From the IMG/VR virus record IMGVR_UViG_3300035659_000006: DNA of 64,000 nucleotides; one strand, given 5' to 3'. Made by a program: the position numbers and the translations under genes. Origin of the DNA: an uncultured virus (IMG/VR IMGVR_UViG_3300035659_000006) (lineage: Duplodnaviria > Heunggongvirae > Uroviricota > Caudoviricetes). Under the pieces are notes generated by a model. The model was given only the letters and a program-made list of their open reading frames with translations. It searched no databases and was not told the DNA's origin. This document shows positions 31,238-40,885 of the stretch, piece after piece; position 1 is the stretch's first letter, and each line of letters begins with the position of its first letter.

Positions 31238-31489
31238 TCACCACCCACTCGCCCGGGCCGAGTTGCGTAGCGCCTGCTCCACCTTCGTGGCGTCACCGCC
31301 CGTCTGGCTCGCCACCTCGACGAAGCGCTCGATGCTCGGCCACGTCAGGTCGCACTTCGGGCAGCGCACGGCCTTGGAGGGCAGGAGCTGGAGCTTGACG
31401 AGCTGACGGCAAGCCGGACAGGTCCCCTGGACGCTGTTGTATGTCTGCGGCTCCATAAACGGTCTACTCCTTATTGCAGTGCAGCGCAA
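31238..31489 (-). CDS. Small zinc-ribbon protein
   Basis: CPAC...CPKC. Confidence 0.5.
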   Translation of the reverse strand: MRCTAIRSRPFMEPQTYNSVQGTCPACRQLVKLQLLPSKAVRCPKCDLTWPSIERFVEVASQTGGDATKVEQALRNSARASGW

Positions 31490-31527
31490 AATAGCTATGA
31501 TGGAGACGGCGGGGATGGAGGTCAGGC

Positions 31528-31812
31528 ATGGTCGTGAGCGAGATCCCCCAGCGCGTGCGCACCGACGCCCTCCCCGAATTCACGGAGTACACCGACACCG
31601 GCTGCAGCGTCTTCACCTCATGCCTCCACTGCCCCCAGGAGCACTGTCTCTACGACGAGCGCGGCACGCTGCGCCGCTGGTGCATCCGGCGCCGGGCCGT
31701 GATCGCGGTCCTGCTGATCAAGCTCGGGGTGCCCATGCAGCAGACCCAGACCGTGCTCAGCGCGAGCCGGCGCAGCATATACCGCTGGCTCCACGACCTG
31801 CGGCCAGCTTAG
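31528..31812 (+). CDS. Cys-cluster plus HTH protein
   Basis: PEF..YTDTGC....SCLHCP..HCLYDE then an HTH (SRRSIYRWL); GGAGG RBS. Confidence 0.7.
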   Translation: MVVSEIPQRVRTDALPEFTEYTDTGCSVFTSCLHCPQEHCLYDERGTLRRWCIRRRAVIAVLLIKLGVPMQQTQTVLSASRRSIYRWLHDLRPA

Positions 31813-32077
31813 GCTCCACCAGCTCCGAGCGGAACACCCGAACCTCTACCGGGGCGTCGATAGCCATGCTGACGCGGCGAGCGCCGCGCCGCTGAAGTCT
31901 TATCTGGATACCAGCTTCGAGCATAAGCAAGCGGTTCATAGGGCTGCTTACCACAGTGGCCGCGCCGGGCCAGGTGAGCCGCAGGCGCACTCGGTCGCCT
32001 CTCAGCGCCAGCACTCTTAGCCGCAGGCCGGTGCTGAATACGAGTTCCTCGCCGATCCTGCGCTCCAGAACCAGCAT
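31757..32077 (-). CDS. CsrA/RsmA-like protein with internal duplication
   Basis: MLVLERRIGEELV...VLALRGDRVRL and ...RVSMAIDAPVEVRVFRSEL. Confidence 0.7.
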   Translation of the reverse strand: MLVLERRIGEELVFSTGLRLRVLALRGDRVRLRLTWPGAATVVSSPMNRLLMLEAGIQIRLQRRGARRVSMAIDAPVEVRVFRSELVEPKLAAGRGASGICCAGSR

Positions 32078-32082
32078 CGTTC

Positions 32083-32319
32083 CTAGCCGGGCGAATCCGC
32101 GGGCGGCGAAGCCGGTGCCGTCAGCTTCTTGAGCTGGTTCAGGCCGACGGCTCCGATGACGCGGAGGGCACCGACTGTCAGAGCGAGCGCCCATGTCTTC
32201 CAGTCGTCGACCTTCGAGAGGTTGGCCAGCGTCTCGAACAGGAGGGCCGACAGCGCCAGCAGGCAGAACCAGGCCGTCTCCTCCAGCCACTTGATCACGT
32301 AGGCGGGGTCAGGCATCAT
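32083..32319 (-). CDS. Putative holin
   Basis: 78 aa, two hydrophobic segments, downstream of the endolysin. Confidence 0.6.
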   Translation of the reverse strand: MMPDPAYVIKWLEETAWFCLLALSALLFETLANLSKVDDWKTWALALTVGALRVIGAVGLNQLKKLTAPASPPADSPG

Positions 32320-32407
32320 GAACCTCCTCATCAACTTGTCCCACTCCCTGGGATCGAACTTGCTCCGCGGCGGCCTCCGCCGAACGAACGCCAGCAGATC
32401 CAGCGGG

Positions 32408-33604
32408 TTAGGGCCACCAGCGCAAGGAGACAACGCTCTTGACGAGGACCGGGTACGAGTAGCGGACCCGGCATGTCCCCCGCGCGTCGAGCTGGACCGT
32501 GACCGTGCCATGCCCACCCTCCGCCAGCGTCACCTTGCCGGCGTACCCTTCGTTGCTTCCATCCGGCGTGCCCCCGTCGAAGAAGGCGACGAACGCCTGC
32601 GTATTGCGGCCGGCGAGGCCGAGGCAGATCTCGAGCTCAACGGAGCGCGCCTCCCCCGGCAGGTCAAAATCGCTCCGTAGTTGCCAGGTAGCGTCCTTGT
32701 CGGGACCGTAGGGGCCCGGCTCGAGGACTCGGTTCGTGAACCAGGCTGCCACGCGGTTGTGTCTCGTCCACATCTCGTCAGCCTCCAGGAAGCGGGCCGC
32801 CTGTACGGCCTGCCACATCTCCTCCGTCATGTACTCCCAGACCCACCACAGGGCACCCCGCGCCCCGAGTTCCTTCCAGGTCCGCGACCACACCAGGATC
32901 TCCTCGGCCGTGACGGCATGGGCGGCGTTCATGCTGGCGGGTATCGCGTCGCCGGAGGGAACGAGCGGCACCTGCGGGAAAGTCGACCGGCGGAAGTCTT
33001 CGGCGCAGACGCGGGCGGCGTGCTCCGCTCGGTCCGGCCGGTAGTACGGCGTCCCGACGGGATACATCGAGCCGTGGTAGTCCTGGGGGAACGCGGCAAT
33101 AACGTGGCGGTGGAAGGCCTGGTACACATCGGCGCGGTGGTACGAGGGCTGGGCCAGCGGGCACCAGTAGTGCGGCCTGTCCGGTGCCCCCTCCCGAATA
33201 CGCCGGCAGTAGGCATCGGCCACACCTGCCGCCTGGTCTCCCAGCGACTCGAACTCGCCCTCGACATCACTCATGTAGCCAGTGGCGCCGAACACGTTCA
33301 GGGCCCTGATCCCCTGGTCGGCCTCGGCCTCCCAGCCCAGCTTCTGGTCGCCGTAGAAGACGCGCACCTGGCCGTAGACGAACTGCCAGAGCCAGACGTC
33401 GATGCCGCGCCCCAGCAGATCGGCAACGATCCGCTTGCCGCGATCCTCATCCCAGAAGGGCCCGAACGGGTGGCCGCCATCGGCGGATTTGATGACCACG
33501 CCGCGCACGCCATGCTCGCGGCACTTCGCAGCGATGCGCAGCGCATCACCGCCCTCAGAGAGAGGCCAGTTCCAGATGAAGACGCGCTTGCCCTCGTAGG
33601 TCAT
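32408..33604 (-). CDS. Endolysin, GH25-like TIM-barrel muramidase
   Basis: VVIKSADG, DVEGEF (DxE), FPQDY; position next to the holin. Confidence 0.7.
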   Translation of the reverse strand: MTYEGKRVFIWNWPLSEGGDALRIAAKCREHGVRGVVIKSADGGHPFGPFWDEDRGKRIVADLLGRGIDVWLWQFVYGQVRVFYGDQKLGWEAEADQGIRALNVFGATGYMSDVEGEFESLGDQAAGVADAYCRRIREGAPDRPHYWCPLAQPSYHRADVYQAFHRHVIAAFPQDYHGSMYPVGTPYYRPDRAEHAARVCAEDFRRSTFPQVPLVPSGDAIPASMNAAHAVTAEEILVWSRTWKELGARGALWWVWEYMTEEMWQAVQAARFLEADEMWTRHNRVAAWFTNRVLEPGPYGPDKDATWQLRSDFDLPGEARSVELEICLGLAGRNTQAFVAFFDGGTPDGSNEGYAGKVTLAEGGHGTVTVQLDARGTCRVRYSYPVLVKSVVSLRWWP

Positions 33605-33611
33605 CGCTGCA

Positions 33612-34736
33612 CTATGGCCCGAGCAGCTTCTTGAAATCGCTGCAGAGCATCCACTGCTGCTTCCCTCTTATCTGCACGTATACCCGACAAGACGGGGTCG
33701 CCGTCGGCTTGACGGTCGGCGTCGCCGTCGGTGGCTTGGAAGTCGCACTCGGCTTCGGCGTCGCCGTCGGAAGAGCGGTTGGAATAGCAGTTGGGACGGG
33801 AGTGGCAGTTGCTGAGGGCGGTGCGGTAGCCGTAGCCGCCGCCGTGCCCCCGACGTGCGCGTTGAAGTAGCCGCAGTCGTACACATCATCGGTGGGCAGG
33901 TTCCAAGACTGCGCCTGCGAGCCTGTCTCTATCCCGGGACCCCAGAGCATCAGGTCGACGCCAGCGAGCTGCTTGCCCAGCCAGGACTCAGCGAAGTTCG
34001 AGCGGTGGCCGTTGTGACAGGTCGAGTTGCCCATCGGTATCTGCCAGACGGTGACGGGGCGGCCCAGGGCGGAACTCAGGGCGGCGAACCAGTCTTCCAT
34101 CTCCCGGAGGTGGGCCGCCGTCCAGGGATAGGTGCCGTAGAACTCCTGGTCACGGTCGCTCACGTCCACGTAGACGTCGGGCACGCGGCCTGCGCCCATT
34201 GCCTGCCAGCATGAGAGCCACTCAGCAGCGTCATCCTGGGGTCCGATGTAGGGCACGTTCCAGGGGTTGATGTGTATCCCCAGGCGTGCGTTGGCTGGCG
34301 CCGTCGAGAGGAAGCGGTCGAGGAAGGTCTTAGCTGCGGTCCCGCACTTGCCCTCGATCTTCAGGTAGGCCCACAGGTCGGGCTCGATGTCGATACGGGT
34401 CTCGCGGCCGTCCGCCTTGACGACGGCCATGATCTGATCCCAGGCCGTCATGTCGGCTGAGGTCGAGTCGAAGTTCGTATAGAAGATGAGCACCGGGGCG
34501 AGGCCGTGATTCCAGGCTTCGTTGAGGTAGCCCTGGACGTAGGGACCCCAGTCCTGACCCACGACGTACTTGTAGACGTAGCCCAGGTTGGCGGGCTGGT
34601 CCTTGATCATCTCCGTGTAGGCATCCACACCTACCGGAGGCCGGGCGGCAGCGCCGTTGGGTCCTCTTGTCCCCCCTAGGGTAACCAAGATCAGAGCGGT
34701 GGCTAAAAGGGCAAAGCAGGTCGACACGCGCCTCAT
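33612..34736 (-). CDS. Secreted putative glycoside hydrolase with PT-rich linker
   Basis: Signal peptide, IDIEPDLW, VWQIPMGN, (ATPT)n tail. Confidence 0.55.
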   Translation of the reverse strand: MRRVSTCFALLATALILVTLGGTRGPNGAAARPPVGVDAYTEMIKDQPANLGYVYKYVVGQDWGPYVQGYLNEAWNHGLAPVLIFYTNFDSTSADMTAWDQIMAVVKADGRETRIDIEPDLWAYLKIEGKCGTAAKTFLDRFLSTAPANARLGIHINPWNVPYIGPQDDAAEWLSCWQAMGAGRVPDVYVDVSDRDQEFYGTYPWTAAHLREMEDWFAALSSALGRPVTVWQIPMGNSTCHNGHRSNFAESWLGKQLAGVDLMLWGPGIETGSQAQSWNLPTDDVYDCGYFNAHVGGTAAATATAPPSATATPVPTAIPTALPTATPKPSATSKPPTATPTVKPTATPSCRVYVQIRGKQQWMLCSDFKKLLGP

Positions 34737-34788
34737 CAGGAGCCTCCTTTCGCAGCGACTGGATCGTAGGCCCGCCGACTGCTATCTC

Positions 34789-35148
34789 CTACCCTCTTAT
34801 GGCCGACGGCTGGATCACCATGTAGCCGACCGTGGGCGTAAAGGGCTTGCCGGCACTGTCCCTGCCCTCGAGCTCGTGGTAGTACGTCCGGCTTCGCAGG
34901 GCAGCCGTGTCGGCCTCTTCGAGCGTGACCCTCACCTTGCCTTCGATCGGCGGGGTCAGCACTTCTGCCCCGTGACCGGTCGACTTCGACACCAGCGCCG
35001 GCAGGTTTGCGTCCGGTCTGGTCTTGGCCACCCAGCTGACGCTGGCGCCGGTAAGGTCCTCCGCCGTCCCATCCGGCTTCAGGATCGTCAGCGTAATCTC
35101 CTTGTACTCGCCGGCCCACATCTCAAAGTCCTGGCTCTGCTCGGTCAT
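34789..35148 (-). CDS. BppU-N-like structural adaptor
   Basis: DLTGASV...GKVRVTL...DTAAL...YYHELE. Confidence 0.6.
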   Translation of the reverse strand: MTEQSQDFEMWAGEYKEITLTILKPDGTAEDLTGASVSWVAKTRPDANLPALVSKSTGHGAEVLTPPIEGKVRVTLEEADTAALRSRTYYHELEGRDSAGKPFTPTVGYMVIQPSAIRG

Positions 35149-38100
35149 GTCCTTCCTCCAAGCACGACGTCGGGTTCCCTCTCCCCCAGCAGCTGGATGT
35201 CGGTCTGCCTCTCGCCAGAGAGCTCCACTCTGGAAATGATCAGGTTGCTCACTATCCTGACGGCTCCGAGCTGCTCGGCGCTGATGATGCCCATGGGCAC
35301 GACGGAGATGCCCCCAACGATGATCGCCGGGGCCCCGAGAGCCTCCGCAGACTCGATGCCAGGGGGCTGGAGGACGACCAGCAGCGTCGGCTGGCCAAGG
35401 GCCTCGGCCGACGGTATGCCCGTCAGCGCCACCGTCATTTCGCCGGGTATAGCGGCCGGCACTCCAAGCGCCTCCCCGCTCGCCACGCCCGGCGGGAGCA
35501 GCGTGAGGCCGCCTAGCACGATGGCAGGTACACCCAGGGCCTCCGCGGAGGCGATGCCAGGGGGCAGCAGCGCCTGGTCGACGAAGACTGTCGGCGTGCC
35601 CACGGCCTCGGCGGACGCGATGCCGGGCGGTTGCACCGTGACGCCGCCGAGGGCCATGCCCGGCGTCCCGAGGGATTCCGCAGACGCCACGCCCGCCGGC
35701 TGCATGGTCTGTGGCCCGCCACCAAGGCTGACCGTAGGCTGTCCGAGACTTTCACCCGTGGCTATACCCGAGGGCTGGACAGCGACGCCTCCGGGGACCG
35801 CGGCAGGCGCACCGAGCTCTTCCGCGCTGGCGATCCCAGGCGGCTGCAGTGCTTGAGGAGCGCCACCGAGGCTGACTGACGGCTCGCCAAGCGCCTCGGC
35901 GGAGGCTATGCCAGATGGCGAGACGGTGATGTCGCCCGGAACCGCAGTCGGTACGCCAACAGCTTCCTCCGAGTCAATACCTGACGGAAGCAGGGTCAAG
36001 CCAACATACAGCGCTGGCTGGCCGAGGGCCTCCTGGCTGGTCACTCCAGCGGGGGAGACTATCACGCCGCCAGGAACCACGGTCGCGGCGCCAACCGCCT
36101 CACCAGAGGCGATCCCAGGTGGCTGCACGGCCTGAGGAGCCCCGCCGACGCTGACAGCTGGTTGCCCCAAAGCTTCCAGGGAACCTAAGCCAGGCGGCTG
36201 AATGGACACGCCACCGGGGGCGACAAGAGGTGTTCCGACTGCCTCCTCGCTGGAAATGCCCACCGGCTGTACGGTCTGCGGCGCACCGCCGGCATTCACT
36301 GTCGGCTGGCCCAGGGCCTCTTCGGTAGCAATCCCGGCTGGCGAGACGGCTACCCCGCCGGGTGCTGTCGTCACGGCTCCAAGCTGCTCCGCAGAGGCGA
36401 TACCAGGCGCCTGGACAGCGACGCCTCCGGGGGCCATCGACGGCGTGCCCAGAGCTTCACCAGACGCGATGCCAGCAGGGAGCAGCGCCACGCCGCCGAG
36501 CGCGATGCTCGGCGCCCCGAGAGCTTCTACGGAAGCTATGCCAAGCGGCTGCAGAGAGACACCACCGAGGCCGAGGGCGGGTGTGCCCAGCCCCTCCTCG
36601 GACGGGATGCCGGGCGGCCCCACGGAGATCCCGCCAAAGGCGATGCTCGGCTCGCCCAGCGCTTCCGCGGACGCGATGCCCGCTGGCTCAACGGCTATCC
36701 CACCGAGCGCGATCGTCGGCTGGCCCAGGGCCTCCTCAGAGGGGATACCGGGCGGCAGGGCAACGCTCTGCACCACGAGGACCGGCTGCCCGAGCGCTTC
36801 CCCGGAGGGCACCCCGGCGGGCGCCAGGGCGACCTCGCCCGGCAGGATGGCAGGCGACCCCACCGCCTCAGCGGACGAGATGCCCGGCGCGTCGAGCGTC
36901 TGGGGAGCGCCACCGAGACTAACGGTTGGGCCGCCAAGTGCTTCGCCGGAGACTATGCCGGTCAGGGCCACCGTGAGGTCGCCGAGCGCTAGGCTCGGCG
37001 TACCAAGCGCCTGCTGGCTGGGGATACCCGTAGGACTAAGCGTGACCCCGCCGACTCCGATAGAAGGCGTGCCGAGCGCCTGGGCAGACCCGATGCCGCC
37101 AGGCTGAATCGCGATGGCGCCGGGGGCCGCAGTCGGGGTGCCAAGCGCCTCGGCAGAGGCTATGCCGGGCGGCAGGCTGGTCTGGTGCGCGCTGGGACTT
37201 CCGAGCGCCTGCGCAGTGGCGATGCCCGGCGGCTGAAGGGTGACCACGCCGAGCAGAACGGCCGGAGTGCCGACGGCCTGGGCACTCGGAATCCCCGGAG
37301 GCGACACGCCCTGCCAGGGAAACACTCCCGGAGAGCCCAGAGCTTCTGCGCTGGCGATCCCAGGAGCCGATATTGCTATGGCACCCGGAACCGCGGTCGG
37401 CGACCCAAGCGCCTGAGAGCTTCCGATCCCCGGCGGGCTGAGGCTCACACCGCCGAGGACGATCGAAGGCGTGCCGAGCGCCTCTCCGCTCGCGATCCCC
37501 CTGGCTATCACACCGCCGTAGCTGTACTCCACCACCAGCTGGAAGGCGTTTGACGGGTCGCCTTCATGCGAGTACCCAGCGCGGCACCCGAGATATGCAA
37601 TCGAGTCACCGAGCCAGAAGAGAGCGAGCGCATGGCCCGACGCCCATCCCGCTCTGTCGACTATCTCCTGGATGACGGCGGCGAAGTCGGGCGTATCCTT
37701 GACCTGGTCGCCATACCACTCCTCGCTAATGGCCCAATCAACGTACGCGCTACCCTTGGCCCGGGCATCAAAGTCGTCGCGAGTGGTGAACGTCCCAGGA
37801 TTGTCGTGCGCCTGGCCTCTAATCCTGATGGTCGTGGCGTCGCTGCAATAGAAGTAGGTCTTGAACGTCACCTTGGCGCTGAGGACCTTGGCACCTTGCG
37901 GGATTGTGACGTTCTGGAACCGCGTCCCCGCCTCGACGTATGTGAAGCTCCCAGCCTGGTCGTCGAGTGCGACGAAGGGATTATCCGTCAGCCACTCGTG
38001 GATGTCTCCGTACTCTTCGCTCCACCAATTCCAGGCTTGAACATCGTCGGAGTCTGCCGCCACTCGGACAGACACCTGGCCGCCCCAGACCGTGGGGCTG

Positions 38101-38297
38101 CCAAGCGCCTGCGCGGAAGCGATACCGGGCGCCGCCAGCGTCACGCCGCCGGGGACGGCGGCGGGCGTGCCAAGAGCCTCGGCAGAGGCTATGCCAGGGG
38201 GATAAAGAGTCTGGGCACCAGTGGCCGGAGCGCGCAGGTGGTCCTGCGCCTGGAGGGCGGAGCCGCCGGTCGGCTTGCGGAGAGCGAAGACAGCCAT
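35145..38297 (-). CDS. 1050-aa fibre protein with ~35 repeats of 20-25 aa and one inserted globular domain
   Basis: Repeat consensus P[PA]GI[AP]S[AE]EALGxPxhxxGxhxhx; insert RFQNVTIPQGA...IQEIVDRAGWASG. Confidence 0.85.
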   Translation of the reverse strand: MAVFALRKPTGGSALQAQDHLRAPATGAQTLYPPGIASAEALGTPAAVPGGVTLAAPGIASAQALGSPTVWGGQVSVRVAADSDDVQAWNWWSEEYGDIHEWLTDNPFVALDDQAGSFTYVEAGTRFQNVTIPQGAKVLSAKVTFKTYFYCSDATTIRIRGQAHDNPGTFTTRDDFDARAKGSAYVDWAISEEWYGDQVKDTPDFAAVIQEIVDRAGWASGHALALFWLGDSIAYLGCRAGYSHEGDPSNAFQLVVEYSYGGVIARGIASGEALGTPSIVLGGVSLSPPGIGSSQALGSPTAVPGAIAISAPGIASAEALGSPGVFPWQGVSPPGIPSAQAVGTPAVLLGVVTLQPPGIATAQALGSPSAHQTSLPPGIASAEALGTPTAAPGAIAIQPGGIGSAQALGTPSIGVGGVTLSPTGIPSQQALGTPSLALGDLTVALTGIVSGEALGGPTVSLGGAPQTLDAPGISSAEAVGSPAILPGEVALAPAGVPSGEALGQPVLVVQSVALPPGIPSEEALGQPTIALGGIAVEPAGIASAEALGEPSIAFGGISVGPPGIPSEEGLGTPALGLGGVSLQPLGIASVEALGAPSIALGGVALLPAGIASGEALGTPSMAPGGVAVQAPGIASAEQLGAVTTAPGGVAVSPAGIATEEALGQPTVNAGGAPQTVQPVGISSEEAVGTPLVAPGGVSIQPPGLGSLEALGQPAVSVGGAPQAVQPPGIASGEAVGAATVVPGGVIVSPAGVTSQEALGQPALYVGLTLLPSGIDSEEAVGVPTAVPGDITVSPSGIASAEALGEPSVSLGGAPQALQPPGIASAEELGAPAAVPGGVAVQPSGIATGESLGQPTVSLGGGPQTMQPAGVASAESLGTPGMALGGVTVQPPGIASAEAVGTPTVFVDQALLPPGIASAEALGVPAIVLGGLTLLPPGVASGEALGVPAAIPGEMTVALTGIPSAEALGQPTLLVVLQPPGIESAEALGAPAIIVGGISVVPMGIISAEQLGAVRIVSNLIISRVELSGERQTDIQLLGEREPDVVLGGRT
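35255..37505 (-). repeat. Degenerate coding tandem repeat (~69-bp unit, ~33 copies)
   Basis: Counted from the translation; two further copies at the N-terminus. Confidence 0.85.
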
Positions 38298-38309
38298 ATC
38301 ATGGTGCCG

Positions 38310-38744
38310 CTAGGCCAACACAGCAGGCCTACCCAGCCGCTCCCTCAACAACTTAGCGTATGCCACCAGCATCGTCGGCATGTCGGTGTCGAAGTCGCTG
38401 AAGGACGGGGCCGGTAGCGGCGTTTCAGCAGTGAGGATCTGTGCGACCTCAGCCAATAGCTCCTCCCGCTCTGGCCAGTCGACCATGCACGCCCGCCACG
38501 GGTCGAGCACCTTCTTGGGCGTGGCGGCTCCCATGTACTGCTCGAGAGCGGCGCCCAGGCCTGCGAAGCACAGACTAAACCCGATTCCAGCGTCAAAGAG
38601 CACCTTGGCAGCGCGCCGCAGGCACGTCCCGCGCCCATGCGGATCGAACTCGCCACCCTTGTGCGAGAGAATCTTGCGGACCGCCTGCTCGCTGCGAGTG
38701 CCGTACTCAGCATCGAGAGCGGAGAGGGACTCCACGTGCCTCAA
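38310..38744 (-). CDS. Hypothetical protein
   Basis: Coupled to the spike gene. Confidence 0.5.
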   Translation of the reverse strand: MRHVESLSALDAEYGTRSEQAVRKILSHKGGEFDPHGRGTCLRRAAKVLFDAGIGFSLCFAGLGAALEQYMGAATPKKVLDPWRACMVDWPEREELLAEVAQILTAETPLPAPSFSDFDTDMPTMLVAYAKLLRERLGRPAVLA

Positions 38745-40876
38745 TCCTCCAGCTCCTCCCAGGTGAATTCGACCATCAAGAGATGCGCTATCCCCGCGTA
38801 CGTGTCATTGGCGTGTGCCCCATAGCGTGCGATCGCAAACTTGACAAGCTGACCCGCAGTGACAGTCAAAGCCGTCGCGAGGGTTGTACGGGTGCGAGCG
38901 CTCGCGACAGCTGGAGCGGCGACGTCCAGAGGCACTTCCGTGCTCGTCGCACCTACGTCGCCACCGATGGCGATTGACTTGTAGTCCAACGCCCAGCGGA
39001 CGTTGCCGGTGCCAGCGTCTACCGGAGCCCACTCGATGTAGCAGTTCAGGTTCTGAACGTAGGTGCTCGGCAGCAGAAACTCGAGGTTGGCTTCCTCGAG
39101 TGCGCTGGCACCGTAGGCGCGTGTCGCGATGGCAGAGACACCAGACCCGATGGCGCTCGAAGCCGCCCCGGCCATCGCCTTCAGATCCTCAGCCCTCACC
39201 TGGATGCGGCGGGTGACAAGCTCACTGCCGCGGTTCCGGTGCTTCGTAGAGTTGGCGCCTAGCAGCGTGACCGCCGAGTACCCAGCCTGCAGACCATAGA
39301 TATCGTTGTGCTCGATGCGATTGTAGTCAGCACCCGTGGTCTCTTTTACCCCATCGCTGTAACCTTGAACTCCGCCGCGGATGGTGTTGTTATGAACGAG
39401 GGTCCTGAGTGCGCCGGATCCTTGAAGACGAATGAGCCCCAGCCTGTAGCTCTCATTATCGATCCCGCAGCCATCGATGCGGTTCCCGCCAATGTTCCAG
39501 TCGGCAGACTGGTTGCGAATCAGCCCCGGCCAGCAACTGACGGCCGTATTCCCCTCCACAAGGCCACCGGGGGAAACGGCATCAGCCACGTCAATGGGCC
39601 AACCGGCAGTAGCGATGAACTCATTCCCCACAATGACAGGTCGTGACGCATACTCGACCAAGATTCCACTCTCGCCACCTTGGAAGATGCAGGCTTCGAC
39701 GAGAGCATCGGTCACGCCGCTACCACCGGAACCTTTGAGGTGCACATGGCGACCAACAAGAGCGGGTAAGAAACTTCTACAGGCGACGGCTCCGCAGCGG
39801 GCCGCTTGGTAGCCAATCTCAAAGATGGAGAAGTTCGCGCCAGCCGATGGCTCGCCCCAGCCAATGCAGTCTACGTAGTAGGAAAGGCCCTCATTGCTCA
39901 GGATAAAGGAAAACTCCCGGTTGTCGTAGGAGCAGCACCCCCGCATTGAGTTGTAGGAACCGGCCTCGAACACTAGCCCACGCACCCATGTGTCGTGAGC
40001 GTGTACGTTGATGTACTTGCACTGCTTCGTCTTCCGCAAGGCGACCGCTGCGCCGTACTCATCGGAGTGCGTGACGCCAGCCTTGTTGCCATCAACCGAC
40101 AGGTCCTGGACGATGATGTCCCTGTCGACATCGCTGTCGTTGTTCCAGTTCATGATCATCTCGAAGCCGGAGGCCAAGCCGCCCTTCAGCTTGATGATCG
40201 TATTCCCAGGACCTGCGCCTAGAACCTTCGTCTTGGTGCCGATAGAGACACCTGGCCGGGGGATCGAGACGTACTGCTGGTTGCCCTGCTGCGAGCCTAT
40301 GAGGTAGGTCCCTGGAGGGTAGTACACCGTGCCGCCGCCAGCCAGGCGGCAGGCGGTGAGGCAGGCCTGCATCGCAGTCGCGTCGTCGGTCGTGCCATCG
40401 CCGGTCGCCCCATAGTCCCTCACGTTGTACCAACCGGAGGTGAACGGGTTCAGGAGGACGCGCTTGTCGATGATCTGGTTGGAGTTGATCGCCGTGTCGC
40501 CAGCCGGCAAGTAGACTGCGGCCAGGACAACTCTGGCTGCGGGGATCGCGGGGAACACGGGGTTCGAGGCCGCACTACCAGCGACGGCCGCCTTGCTACC
40601 GTTGACGTCGACGGTTATCAGGTCGAAGCGGGCGTTCGTGGGGTCGGCAGTCGTGATCGTGACGTTGCCGGCCGTCACCGCGATCGGGCGGCCGCCGACA
40701 TAGACCGTCCCGACGGCGACCGCCACCGTCATGTCGGGTGTGCCCTGTGCGGAGACAGCGCAGCCGGTCTTGACGCCGTAAACGGCGAAGCCGGCTGTCA
40801 GCGCATCGAAATCTACGCTGTCCGGTTCCGCCTGGTCGGGGAAGGCGGCGTCGGAGTAGTTGGGGATCTTGAACAC
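38741..40876 (-). CDS. Tailspike/fibre with right-handed beta-helix (pectate lyase-like depolymerase)
   Basis: YNVRDYGATGDGTTDDATAMQ...GGTVYYPPGTY, repeated beta-helix rungs. Confidence 0.85.
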   Translation of the reverse strand: MFKIPNYSDAAFPDQAEPDSVDFDALTAGFAVYGVKTGCAVSAQGTPDMTVAVAVGTVYVGGRPIAVTAGNVTITTADPTNARFDLITVDVNGSKAAVAGSAASNPVFPAIPAARVVLAAVYLPAGDTAINSNQIIDKRVLLNPFTSGWYNVRDYGATGDGTTDDATAMQACLTACRLAGGGTVYYPPGTYLIGSQQGNQQYVSIPRPGVSIGTKTKVLGAGPGNTIIKLKGGLASGFEMIMNWNNDSDVDRDIIVQDLSVDGNKAGVTHSDEYGAAVALRKTKQCKYINVHAHDTWVRGLVFEAGSYNSMRGCCSYDNREFSFILSNEGLSYYVDCIGWGEPSAGANFSIFEIGYQAARCGAVACRSFLPALVGRHVHLKGSGGSGVTDALVEACIFQGGESGILVEYASRPVIVGNEFIATAGWPIDVADAVSPGGLVEGNTAVSCWPGLIRNQSADWNIGGNRIDGCGIDNESYRLGLIRLQGSGALRTLVHNNTIRGGVQGYSDGVKETTGADYNRIEHNDIYGLQAGYSAVTLLGANSTKHRNRGSELVTRRIQVRAEDLKAMAGAASSAIGSGVSAIATRAYGASALEEANLEFLLPSTYVQNLNCYIEWAPVDAGTGNVRWALDYKSIAIGGDVGATSTEVPLDVAAPAVASARTRTTLATALTVTAGQLVKFAIARYGAHANDTYAGIAHLLMVEFTWEELED

Positions 40877-40885
40877 ATCGCGCTC

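Noticed and set aside
35145..38297. Periodic DNA repeats as a CRISPR or TIGR-like array
   Set aside because: The repeats are degenerate at synonymous positions and lie in one open frame; no constant repeat with unique spacers, and no cas or Nop-domain gene seen
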